64,000 bases of DNA from Bacteroidales bacterium. GTDB lineage: Bacteria > Bacteroidota > Bacteroidia > Bacteroidales > BM520. Numbering within the stretch: position 1 is the stretch's first letter; every line of letters begins with the position of its first letter. The position numbers and the translations under genes were made by a program. The stretch covers positions 12,192 through 76,191 of the forward strand of contig JBMNMG010000003.1 of NCBI GenBank assembly GCA_050953245.1, in the 5' to 3' direction. The notes under the pieces are model-generated. The model saw only the letters and a list, made by a program, of their open reading frames with translations. It was not told the DNA's origin and ran no database searches. Shown here piece after piece: positions 11,074-19,849 of this stretch.

Positions 11074-14000
11074 TAATAGAAACTTTTGTTAATCAGTTAA
11101 CTGCAAAATATAATACTAAGGAATTGGCTGATATATGTATTGTAGTACCAAATAATAGAGCTAAATTATATATTAGAAAAGAATTAATAAATGCTATTAA
11201 TAATTATGCAGTTTTACCACAATTGTTATCTATCCAGGATTTTATGCAAATAACTGCATCGCTAATTAATAAAATAGAGATTGCAGATAATTTAACTCTA
11301 ATATTAAAATTATATGAAGTTCATAAAAATATTTACAAAACCGCTGACAATGCGGGCGATTCCCCATCATTCAGAGCTTTTTTAACCTTAGCATATACAA
11401 TTTTAAGAGACTTTAATGATTTAGATTTATACTTAGCAGATACTGACAGGGCATTTAAATATATAAATGAGGAAAAAACATTATCTATGTGGGGTATAGA
11501 TATGAATAAATTATCTGATGCAGAAAGTACTTATATTAAATATTTTAATTTTTTAAAAGATTATTATAAAAACTTTAAGGAAGAATTATTCTCTGAAAAT
11601 TTAGGGTATACAGGACAAGTGTACAGGATAGTTGCTGAAAATATAGATCAGATAATAGAGAAATTAGAGTGGAATAAGGTATTCTTTGTTGGTTTTAGTG
11701 CATTAACCAATAGTGAAATAGTTATTTTTGATAAACTTTATAAAAGTGGAAAAGCAGAGATGGTTTGGGATGTTGATTCATACTATATTTATTCTCCTCA
11801 AATCAATAAAAATGATGACAACATTCAAGAAGCAGGTATATTTTTAAGAAGATATTATTACAATAAAATTAGAAGTTTAGATTATATATCTCCTGAATTT
11901 AAACCAATTAAGTTTGATGGGTGGAAAGAAACATTTCCCAAAGAAATTCCAAATAATTTTTTAGAAAAGCCAAAAAACATTAATGTGGTATGTTCGCCCG
12001 GAGATTTTCAACAAGCACAAATAGTTGGTGAGATTTTAACCAAGAATCAATATAAAACAGGTGAAACTGCTATTATTTTAGCCGATGAAAACTTATTACT
12101 CCCGGTACTATCTTATATCCCGGATAAATACGATAGTATTAATGTATCTATGGGAGTACCCATCAGTGGAAGCAATATAAGCAGCTTAGTTGAAAATTTA
12201 TTTTTGTTATATGACAGTTACAATACTAAGAATTTTGCCTTTTATAATACAAAATACTTATTAAATATTTTTCTCAATCCAATATTTAATGATTTATTTA
12301 TAAATGCTGATGATCTAAAAGCGAAAATAGTTGAGCAAAATCAGTACGATCAGATTAGTTTACAGACATTTAAAGCTTCTTTTGATTCAGCTATTAGTGA
12401 TGGTGATCTAAAAAAAATGTTTTCTATTTTATTTGAAAATAATAATGAGCAAACTAAAATCAACACTGCAATTGTAATAGATAAGATCAATTATTTCTTA
12501 AATGTTTTTATTGAGAAATATGCAGAAGATATAAATTACTTAGTCGATATTGAAGTGGCCTTAAGCTTTGTAAAAACGTTAAATAATATCAAACAAAAAA
12601 TCTCGGATTATGATTATTTAAATGATCTTAAAAATTTCTTAGTAATATATCAAAATATTTTAAAAGAAATCTCAGTATCCTTTAAAGGAGATCCGTTCCA
12701 AGCGCTTCAAATCTTAGGAATATTAGAAACCAGATTGCTCAATTTTAAAAACTTGATAATAGTATCTGTAAATGAGGGAGTATTGCCAAAAGTAAACTTC
12801 CAAAATACTTTTTTACCTTACGAATTATCAATGGCAATAGGTATGCCGGGTAGAAAAGAAAAAGAGGGGATATTTGCTTACCATTTTTATAGATTACTTC
12901 AAAATGCAGAAAATATACACCTAATCTATAATGCTACAATAGAGGATTTTGGAGCTAATGAGAAAAGCAGGTTTATCTTACAGATTCAACATGAAATAGA
13001 TAATTATAAAAATAATATTACTTTTAAGAATGAAGAACATATAGACAATAAATATAATATTGTTAATAAAATTTCAGATTTAAATACATTATCTGAAAAA
13101 AAATCAGAAAATCTAGCAGGGATTAATGTTACTTCCGAAATTAGAGAAGTAGTTGATGACTTTTTTTCAAAGTATAGCTTATCCGCTTCATCATTTAATA
13201 TATATCTTAGATGTCAAGCGATGTTTTTTTATACTGAAATCTTAGGCTTAAAAGATGAATCGAAAGGAAAAGATAATAGCGGTGTTTTAATTGGAAGCAT
13301 AACACATAAAGTTTTAGAAGAATTATATACAACTTTCTGTGACACGAAAGACGATTCAAATAAATCAAACCTCAAATTAACAGTAGAAAAATTAGACAAC
13401 ATTGATTCAGTAACAATTAATAATCAAATAATAAAAGCATTTAAAGATGAAAATATAGATCCCTCAATTGGCTTAAATGTATTAATGCGTGAACTTATAG
13501 CACAATATATTGTTAAAATGATAAATACAGATAAGACCTTTTTATTATCAGGAGATAAAGACAACAATTATAATACATTAGAAATTCAATATTTAGAGAA
13601 AAGTTTAGAAATAAATCCTATATTAGAAGGAAACAAATATACCATTAAAGGTTTTTTAGATAGGGTAGAAAGAGCAAATGGTCAGTTAGTAATAATGGAT
13701 TATAAAACCGGTTCTTTTGATTCAAACATAACTGAAATAAATGCAGAAGAATTTTTTGAGAAATTAAAAGAAGATGAAATAGACTTAGACTATTTTGCTT
13801 TTAAAAAATCTTCTGATATTAATCAATATATAGTACAGTTATTAAATTATGCATATTTGTATTTTAAAGATAATACAAAACTGACAAAAGGAAAAGACAA
13901 ACACATCAAATTAGGAATTTATGCTTTAAAGCATCACGATCATTCTGCAAATATTGACTCTACAAATGATGAAAATATTATCAAAAAACTCTTATTAGTA

Positions 14001-14192
14001 AAAAAAGATAATGATGATACAAAGAAATCTACAGAGTTAATCACAGAACAAGATATTAATTTATTCGAAAAACTCTTAGTGACCTTTTTAAAAACGTTAA
14101 AAGAACAAAGCTGTTTTAAATATACTGACCAATACGGTATTTGTGAACTTTGCGACTTTAACACAATTTGCAAGGGAAGTAAGTGCAAATAA
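11070..14192 (+). CDS. PD-(D/E)XK nuclease family protein (AddB-like)
   Basis: 1040 aa. C-terminal nuclease motif GFLDRVE...VIMDYKTG and terminal Cys cluster CFKY...CELCDFNTIC, as in AddB-type Fe-S nuclease domains. ATGA overlap with the upstream gene. Confidence 0.7.
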   Translation: MIIETFVNQLTAKYNTKELADICIVVPNNRAKLYIRKELINAINNYAVLPQLLSIQDFMQITASLINKIEIADNLTLILKLYEVHKNIYKTADNAGDSPSFRAFLTLAYTILRDFNDLDLYLADTDRAFKYINEEKTLSMWGIDMNKLSDAESTYIKYFNFLKDYYKNFKEELFSENLGYTGQVYRIVAENIDQIIEKLEWNKVFFVGFSALTNSEIVIFDKLYKSGKAEMVWDVDSYYIYSPQINKNDDNIQEAGIFLRRYYYNKIRSLDYISPEFKPIKFDGWKETFPKEIPNNFLEKPKNINVVCSPGDFQQAQIVGEILTKNQYKTGETAIILADENLLLPVLSYIPDKYDSINVSMGVPISGSNISSLVENLFLLYDSYNTKNFAFYNTKYLLNIFLNPIFNDLFINADDLKAKIVEQNQYDQISLQTFKASFDSAISDGDLKKMFSILFENNNEQTKINTAIVIDKINYFLNVFIEKYAEDINYLVDIEVALSFVKTLNNIKQKISDYDYLNDLKNFLVIYQNILKEISVSFKGDPFQALQILGILETRLLNFKNLIIVSVNEGVLPKVNFQNTFLPYELSMAIGMPGRKEKEGIFAYHFYRLLQNAENIHLIYNATIEDFGANEKSRFILQIQHEIDNYKNNITFKNEEHIDNKYNIVNKISDLNTLSEKKSENLAGINVTSEIREVVDDFFSKYSLSASSFNIYLRCQAMFFYTEILGLKDESKGKDNSGVLIGSITHKVLEELYTTFCDTKDDSNKSNLKLTVEKLDNIDSVTINNQIIKAFKDENIDPSIGLNVLMRELIAQYIVKMINTDKTFLLSGDKDNNYNTLEIQYLEKSLEINPILEGNKYTIKGFLDRVERANGQLVIMDYKTGSFDSNITEINAEEFFEKLKEDEIDLDYFAFKKSSDINQYIVQLLNYAYLYFKDNTKLTKGKDKHIKLGIYALKHHDHSANIDSTNDENIIKKLLLVKKDNDDTKKSTELITEQDINLFEKLLVTFLKTLKEQSCFKYTDQYGICELCDFNTICKGSKCK

Positions 14193-14446
14193 ACTATAAT
14201 GAAAATTGAAAACTAGTTTGTTTATCTTAATAGTTGGTGCATTACATGAGAATTGCTAATGATTATTTAATCGTGGTGCATTTTCTATCAGTTTTTTTAG
14301 CATTTTTGTTATTTGATAAGTGAAATTAGTCATAGAAATAAATATTTTTACACATCTTATTAATTTGTAAGATAAGATGTTATATAATTATTACAAAAAA
14401 ACAAAAAAAAGTTTTGTAAAATGTGTTGTTATTTACAAAAATATTA

Positions 14447-14454
14447 TATCTTTG
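14447..14454 (+). promoter_or_regulatory. Bacteroidota -7 box (TATCTTTG) for tRNA-Val
   Basis: Matches the TAnnTTTG consensus, 16 nt upstream of the mature tRNA 5' end. Confidence 0.5.
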
Positions 14455-14470
14455 CAACGCAAAACCATTA

Positions 14471-14545
14471 GGGAGTTTAGCTCAGTTGGTTCAGAGCACC
14501 TGCCTTACAAGCAGGGGGTCACTGGTTCGACCCCAGTAACTCCCA
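14471..14545 (+). tRNA. tRNA-Val (anticodon UAC)
   Basis: Cloverleaf readable by eye: acceptor GGGAGTT/AACTCCC, D-loop AGCTCAGTTGGTTCAGAGC, anticodon stem CCTGC/GCAGG with loop CTTACAA, T-arm GGTTCGACCCC. CCA not encoded. Confidence 0.9.
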
Positions 14546-14552
14546 CAATAAA

Positions 14553-14592
14553 ACAGGAATTTTGATTTTTTTCAAAGTTCCTGTTTTTTTTT
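14553..14592 (+). terminator. intrinsic terminator after tRNA-Val
   Basis: Stem ACAGGAATTTTG/CAAAGTTCCTGT (one mismatch) followed by a T-run. Confidence 0.7.
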
Positions 14593-14816
14593 ATTTCCCC
14601 TCTTCCGGCTCAATTTCCATCAATAGGATTAGTAAAGCATTAGAATTTTGAATAAATTTGTAGGACTAAATTCTCAAAGAACTGAAGGAATAGATACAAC
14701 TATTTGAGATTTGCTTGAAGTCCTGAAACAAATGCATCAAAAAATTTTAGGTTTGAAAAGAAGCGAAAAGGAAAGGAAAGCATATGTGGAGAATGAAGTA
14801 CTAAATAATCTTTGAT

Positions 14817-15808
14817 TTACGGTTTTATAGTCCAGTTTATGTTAGACATCCTTTTACGGATTATTACCAATGTTTGAAAAACATCATCGCTACTAGGAAA
14901 ATCTCCATAAACCAAATTTCTAAAACTGCCGTTATATGTAGTTTCTAATTTTGACCATATATTGTCTAGATCTTTAAATATAAGTGATTGATTGGGATGA
15001 TTGACTAACCACTGATTATTATTTTTAAAACTTTTAATATCGTCATTAGCAACTTTTAGTAACATAGTTTCAAAGTTGGATGAGCAGAGAAAATTGGAAA
15101 ATTCTTCATTTTGCAGCAGCTGATGTAAATCGTAAGTGTGACGAATTTTATTTTTCAATTCAATTATTGGGTTATTGCTGTACGAAAACCGAACTAAACT
15201 CATTATTTTTTCACAGATTGTCCTTTTAGGTTCAAGAACTTGAACTGTACATGCTTGCATTTCGTATTTTTCAATAAGCTTAAGTTGTTTTGTGTTGAGC
15301 ATCATTTCACCAATATAAGAATTAATGTTTTTCTTTGTAAATGGTTCATAATATCCAAGCCAAGTGACTTCTAACACTATTTTATCTCGGACTTGTCCAT
15401 AATCACCTGAAAACTCTTTATCGTATCGGTGTGCTGTTTTTCGGAGATTCCCAACTTTGTGTGTCAATCCCTGGATTTCAATTTCTGGGAGTGTATCGTT
15501 AATCGCATTTTCAATATCTTTTAGTTTACGTTTCAACTTATTATCGTTTTCCCCCGTTTCTTCTAATTACCACTATATCTATGTCTTCGGAGAATCTGTT
15601 AATTAATTTGAAACATTTAGCTAAAGAAGTTCCACCTTTGAAAATAGTGTCTGCTCCAATTTTTTTTGCTAAAAATTGATTTTAATGCAAATGTAACCCA
15701 ATAATCTTTTTCAATATATATTGCAGGTAAATTCATTTGCTGTGCAGTCATATTGACAGCATCTCGAAACAGTTTTTTATTCGTGTGAAGTATCATATAA
15801 TATTCCAA
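14817..15808 (-). pseudogene. AbiEii/AbiGii-family nucleotidyltransferase toxin, two frameshifts
   Basis: Three frames join to one DUF1814-like protein: N-terminal ...[12 protein letters not shown], middle [31 protein letters not shown], then the 239-aa C-terminal ORF. Shifts map to a T8 run (15660-15667) and a C5 run (15551-15555). Confidence 0.75.
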
Positions 15809-16521
15809 TTTTCAATAGTTGGCAAATCTGATTTACTTAAGCCTAAATCTATTTTTGTCAATGGGTTAATGCTATTTAATAATGGTTTGGTAATGTTTTC
15901 GGGTTTTTCTAAATTTTCTAGAATTGCACCTAATAGTGCACGCACTCTTGGCGGATACATTAGAGCGTATTTAATCATTAGAGCAATTTCCTTTTCGTCC
16001 ATTTTTGCGATTTTTGTAGTAAGAATTTTTACGGATTTTTGAATAGTTGTATCCGGAATTTTTTTAATGTCTTTGAGTGCATCTAAAAAGCCTAAAATAG
16101 TATAATTGCTTTCAGTCACTTCTGCATAACTCTTTACGGCATCTGCTTTCAATGCTCCCCGATTAATACTTATTCGCTTGCTTCGAGATGCAATTTTTAC
16201 ACGAACAGCCATTTGTGTTGTCAACCCTAACTGATTATATAAATAAGTTCCTGTAACATAGGCAATTCGCTTTCCATCTTTATACAAAAATGGTCGAAGT
16301 TGCTCGTAATAATCGGGTTTCAGTTCACCAAATGCAGTTTTTACTGGTTTATAAAACATCCCTTTGGATATTTTTTTGATTATATTTTTGTTTTGCAGAC
16401 GCTCTATTATTTTAGCAACTGACTGATAATCTTCTCTATAAATTTCCAAATCTGAATAACCGAAAATCTTACCTTCAGGAAATCCCTTTATTTGTTTTTC
16501 TATTTGAGTGGTTAAGTTCAT
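15793..16521 (-). CDS. AbiEi-like / DUF6088-type antitoxin (transcriptional regulator)
   Basis: 242 aa, immediately upstream of the AbiEii gene and overlapping it by 16 nt. Family name is from recollection of this gene pairing. Confidence 0.55.
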   Translation of the reverse strand: MNLTTQIEKQIKGFPEGKIFGYSDLEIYREDYQSVAKIIERLQNKNIIKKISKGMFYKPVKTAFGELKPDYYEQLRPFLYKDGKRIAYVTGTYLYNQLGLTTQMAVRVKIASRSKRISINRGALKADAVKSYAEVTESNYTILGFLDALKDIKKIPDTTIQKSVKILTTKIAKMDEKEIALMIKYALMYPPRVRALLGAILENLEKPENITKPLLNSINPLTKIDLGLSKSDLPTIENWNII

Positions 16522-16550
16522 AGTGCAAAGATAATATTTATTTTCAAATA

Positions 16551-16578
16551 GTCAAGTTTTCTGAGCAATTTACTTGAC
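16551..16578. promoter_or_regulatory. inverted repeat in the abiEi promoter region (candidate operator)
   Basis: GTCAAGT-N14-ACTTGAC lies between a -7 box (TATCTTTG on the minus strand, just upstream of the ATG) and the upstream region. Confidence 0.3.
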
Positions 16579-16902
16579 AATAGTTTAGTTTATTTGAAAA
16601 AGAAGACCATACTCTTTCTATATAATATAAATATATTATATAGAGAGAATTATTATTATAAAACTGAAAAAATTGTAATTATAATCCATAAATTACCATT
16701 TCAAACATTAATTGGAAAATAGTATTATATTCCTTAAATAAATATTCTTGTTATTAGTCGATGACCACATGAATTTCTGGCATAAATGCTTTTTTTTGAT
16801 TAAATTTGTAGGACTAATATATTACGTAACTAATTAATATAGATATTAAATCATTATTAAAATAGTAATGTTTTAATTATTAACCTTTTAAATATTCATA
16901 TT

Positions 16903-17367
16903 ATGAAACCAAGAAAAATTTTAATTTTAACCTTCAGTTTATTCCTATTATTAAACTTTGGTTGTGATAAAAAAGATGATTCTAATACTTATCCGATAGA
17001 TATTAGTTTTACAGAAATTCGAAAAGGAGATGTTTTCACCGCAAATTATAATCCAACCCAACATGGAGAAATATTTACAAATCAAAATGATTGGGATTAT
17101 TTTGTGGATAGTATATGGCAAATTGATCCAATACCATCTGAAGCTAATGTTAACTTTAGTAAAAATATTGTTATAGCAGTTTTTGATAAACCTAGGACAA
17201 CAGGAGGGTACGACATTGAGATAAAATCGATTGTAGAAAATGAACAAAATGTTGTTGTCAATTTTCAAACAGGTGCTGGAGATGTAACTCAGATGCCAAC
17301 AAGATCATATCATATTGTTAAGATCCCAAAAACTACAAAGCCAATTACATTTGAAAATGTTGAATAA
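16903..17367 (+). CDS. lipoprotein, PrcB C-terminal-domain-like
   Basis: Lipoprotein signal (LLLNFGC). VNFSKNIVIAVF...TTGGYDIEI...HIVKIPK pattern recalled from the PrcB_C family. Confidence 0.45.
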   Translation: MKPRKILILTFSLFLLLNFGCDKKDDSNTYPIDISFTEIRKGDVFTANYNPTQHGEIFTNQNDWDYFVDSIWQIDPIPSEANVNFSKNIVIAVFDKPRTTGGYDIEIKSIVENEQNVVVNFQTGAGDVTQMPTRSYHIVKIPKTTKPITFENVE

Positions 17368-17598
17368 AATTCTATAAACACGATATCGGAATTGAGTCCA
17401 AAATAACGCTTATCAATCAATTGATAGGCGTTTTTTCTTTAAAATCACAATTTGTTGTGATACTTTTTTCTTATTATACCAATATTTAGTTATTCTCTAC
17501 ATTTACTTAGCACTATATCTTTGTCCCGAGTTCTTAAGGATAAAATCAAGAGTGATTTATTCTTTGAAATTTTTATTTATTTATTTTTTTATTTATTT

Positions 17599-18102
17599 AT
17601 GAAATCAATTGGTATTTTTTATGGAAGTTCATTAGGAACTACAGCAGACATTGCAAGTAAGATTGCAGATAAGATAAAAGTAGATTCGAGTAATGTATTT
17701 GATATTTCCTCAGTTGAGGCCGGTAAAGTAAATGATTTTGAATGTATTTTACTGGGCTCCTCAACTTGGGGGTTAGGTGAATTACAAGATGATTGGACTA
17801 CATTTATAGAGCAATTAAAAAAGCAAAGCTTATCAGGAAAGTTAGTTGGATTATTTGGAACAGGTGATTCTGAAGCTTATTCTGATACTTTTTGCGATGC
17901 CTTAGGTATAATATACGATGAGTTGGAAAATACAGGTTGTAAATTTATTGGTCAATATGAACCAAAGGGATATTCAGCTACAGATTCTAAAGTTAATATA
18001 TATGGTAAATTTGTTGGATTAGCTGTCGATGAAATGAATGAAAGCAATAAAACAGATGAACGTATTGATATGTGGTTAGCTGAGGTATCACAAGCGTTAT
18101 AG
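17599..18102 (+). CDS. fldA: flavodoxin (long-chain)
   Basis: Start moved to MKSIGIFYGSSLGTT (FMN phosphate loop). STWGLGELQDDW and GTGD motifs. 167 aa. Confidence 0.85.
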   Translation: MKSIGIFYGSSLGTTADIASKIADKIKVDSSNVFDISSVEAGKVNDFECILLGSSTWGLGELQDDWTTFIEQLKKQSLSGKLVGLFGTGDSEAYSDTFCDALGIIYDELENTGCKFIGQYEPKGYSATDSKVNIYGKFVGLAVDEMNESNKTDERIDMWLAEVSQAL

Positions 18103-18170
18103 CAATTATATTATTTTAATATAATCACATACATAATTTTCTCTAATTTTATACCATTATTCAAACAAAA

Positions 18171-18197
18171 AGCCGATATCATTATCGGCTTTTTTTA
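18171..18197 (+). terminator. intrinsic terminator after flavodoxin
   Basis: AGCCGATA/TATCGGCT stem plus a T7 run. Confidence 0.75.
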
Positions 18198-18240
18198 TAT
18201 ATTTTTTAATTATTAATTTCTAATTTCTAACTTCTAACTT

Positions 18241-18822
18241 CTAATTTTTAAATTCATCTATTGTAACCATCTTATTAGTTATGGCATAAATAGTTAATCC
18301 GGAGACACTATGGATTCCTAATTTGGAAACAATATTTCTTCTGTGTGTAACTACTGTGTGAATGGAAATGCACATTTCATCGCTTATTTCCTTGTTGGTT
18401 AATCCCTTTACTACATATACCAATACTTCTTTTTCTCTATTACTAAGTTCTTTTTTAACATCATCTTCTTTATTTGCAGTTTTTGTGATGATTTTTTCTT
18501 TAATAGTTTCAATAGTATCAGCTGTAGTTATACAATCGTCAAAATAATTTAAAATTCCTTCGTCTATATAATTAGATATTAAAGCTATTATTTTAGTTTT
18601 TTTAAAATTTTCTCTAAGAATTTCTATAGATGAAAAGTTTACTATACAAGGATTAATTATTAACACATGAGGTTTTAGTACATTTAATCTTTCCGTAAGT
18701 TTTCTATAATCTATTATTTCAATAATTTCGAATTTGGAAGATATGTGACATAAAATTTCTCTAATGCCTGCACATATTATAGCTGATGGTTCTACTAAAC
18801 ATATTGTTAAATTTCTTGTCAT
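18241..18822 (-). CDS. LuxR-family regulator with atypical (Asp-less) receiver-like domain
   Basis: C-terminal LuxR HTH (LSNREKEVL...GLTNKEISDEMCISIHTVVTHRRNI). The N-terminal receiver-like fold has EP in place of DD and LIINP at the phospho-acceptor position. Confidence 0.7.
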   Translation of the reverse strand: MTRNLTICLVEPSAIICAGIREILCHISSKFEIIEIIDYRKLTERLNVLKPHVLIINPCIVNFSSIEILRENFKKTKIIALISNYIDEGILNYFDDCITTADTIETIKEKIITKTANKEDDVKKELSNREKEVLVYVVKGLTNKEISDEMCISIHTVVTHRRNIVSKLGIHSVSGLTIYAITNKMVTIDEFKN

Positions 18823-19526
18823 TATATGGTGTTATTTATTTGTTGTTCTAAAAGCTCTACTGCAGGCACAAACAAATTATCTTCAATAATATTGTGAGTT
18901 TTTAAATCTTCTGCACATACAAAAATGTCAAATAAGATATTGTATAAAGCGTTGGTATTATCTATATTATAATATTTAATAATAATACTTGTAAGTTCTT
19001 GGAGTTTGCTTTCTACTTGGTCATGATTTTTTTTAAAAATATCAATGTTATAATCTAACATTTTTTTCTTGGATAATAAATCATTTACATAAATAAATAC
19101 TGTAGTTTCTTCATACATCATATGATTGTTTACCTCTTCTACGTATTCATCATAATATTTCATTATTACTGATGCAGTTGGCTTATCCCCGACAATTAAA
19201 GCTTTTTCCAACTCGCTTCTAATCTTGCTAAATTTATAGTTTAAAAAATAATCGTGCGATTTGTTTAAAAATTTAATTAAAAATTTTAAGTTTAAAGATT
19301 CTAAAACTTGATTAGTAGTTTTAAAAAAGTTGGGGTTAGATAATAAATTAACTATTATTAGGAAGGTATTTAAATCTACTTTATTTTCTTCACAAATTTG
19401 TTTAATGTTTTTGTCACCAAAGCCAAGTGGAATTCCAAATCTACTGAAAATTGACAATAAAAAATAATTTTCAGATATTAAATCGTAAACTTTATCAGTT
19501 TCTTGATATTTAAAATTTTGTTTCAT
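18822..19526 (-). CDS. hemerythrin-like di-iron (RIC/ScdA-like) protein
   Basis: HxxxE-type motifs NNHMMYEE and THNIIEDNLFVP plus further His residues. N-terminus resembles the ScdA_N region (FGIPLGFGDKNI). 1-nt overlap with the LuxR gene. Confidence 0.55.
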   Translation of the reverse strand: MKQNFKYQETDKVYDLISENYFLLSIFSRFGIPLGFGDKNIKQICEENKVDLNTFLIIVNLLSNPNFFKTTNQVLESLNLKFLIKFLNKSHDYFLNYKFSKIRSELEKALIVGDKPTASVIMKYYDEYVEEVNNHMMYEETTVFIYVNDLLSKKKMLDYNIDIFKKNHDQVESKLQELTSIIIKYYNIDNTNALYNILFDIFVCAEDLKTHNIIEDNLFVPAVELLEQQINNTI

Positions 19527-19849
19527 ATTTAATGATTATTAATATTTTCATTGAGTCTTTAAAATGTTACTACATAATATATTAACATATTTGAACTCTA
19601 CAAAAATAAGAAATAATTCTAAATTGTAAAGTAAAAAAAGGTCGAGTGAACGACCTTTTTTAATGGCATATTTATAGAGAAAAAATATTAATAAATTATT
19701 TCATTACAAAATTACATCTATTATTAAGTATTGGAAGTAACTGATTATGGTGATTTTTCAGATATAAATCACTATTTATTATGATGAAAATTTTATACCC
19801 TTTTAACTATCTTTGTAATTAATATTTTAACATTTAAAATCTTTATTAT

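Larger units (their letters stand above)
14646..16817. mobile_element. AbiE toxin-antitoxin islet bounded by 24-bp direct repeats (no recombinase)
   Basis: TTTTGA[A/T]TAAATTTGTAGGACTAA occurs at 14646-14669 and 16794-16817 (23/24 identical). The copies flank only the AbiEi/AbiEii pair, ~100 nt downstream of a tRNA. Confidence 0.5.

Noticed and set aside
14377-14565. 62-aa ORF overlapping tRNA-Val.
   Set aside because: It reads straight through the tRNA gene and its promoter. It is a spurious ORF in an AT-rich intergenic region.
15737-16042. 101-aa plus-strand ORF.
   Set aside because: It is antisense to the abiEi/abiEii junction. Its hydrophobic low-complexity translation is typical of the opposite strand of a real gene.
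19633-19661. Terminator-like hairpin (AGGTCG-AGTGAA-CGACCT with an A-run and a T-run) in the divergent intergenic region between the hemerythrin-like gene and the TonB receptor, hinting at a small RNA.
   Set aside because: Only a weak CATATTTG box lies upstream, and there is no second copy or covariation to support an RNA gene. It is kept as an unassigned hairpin.
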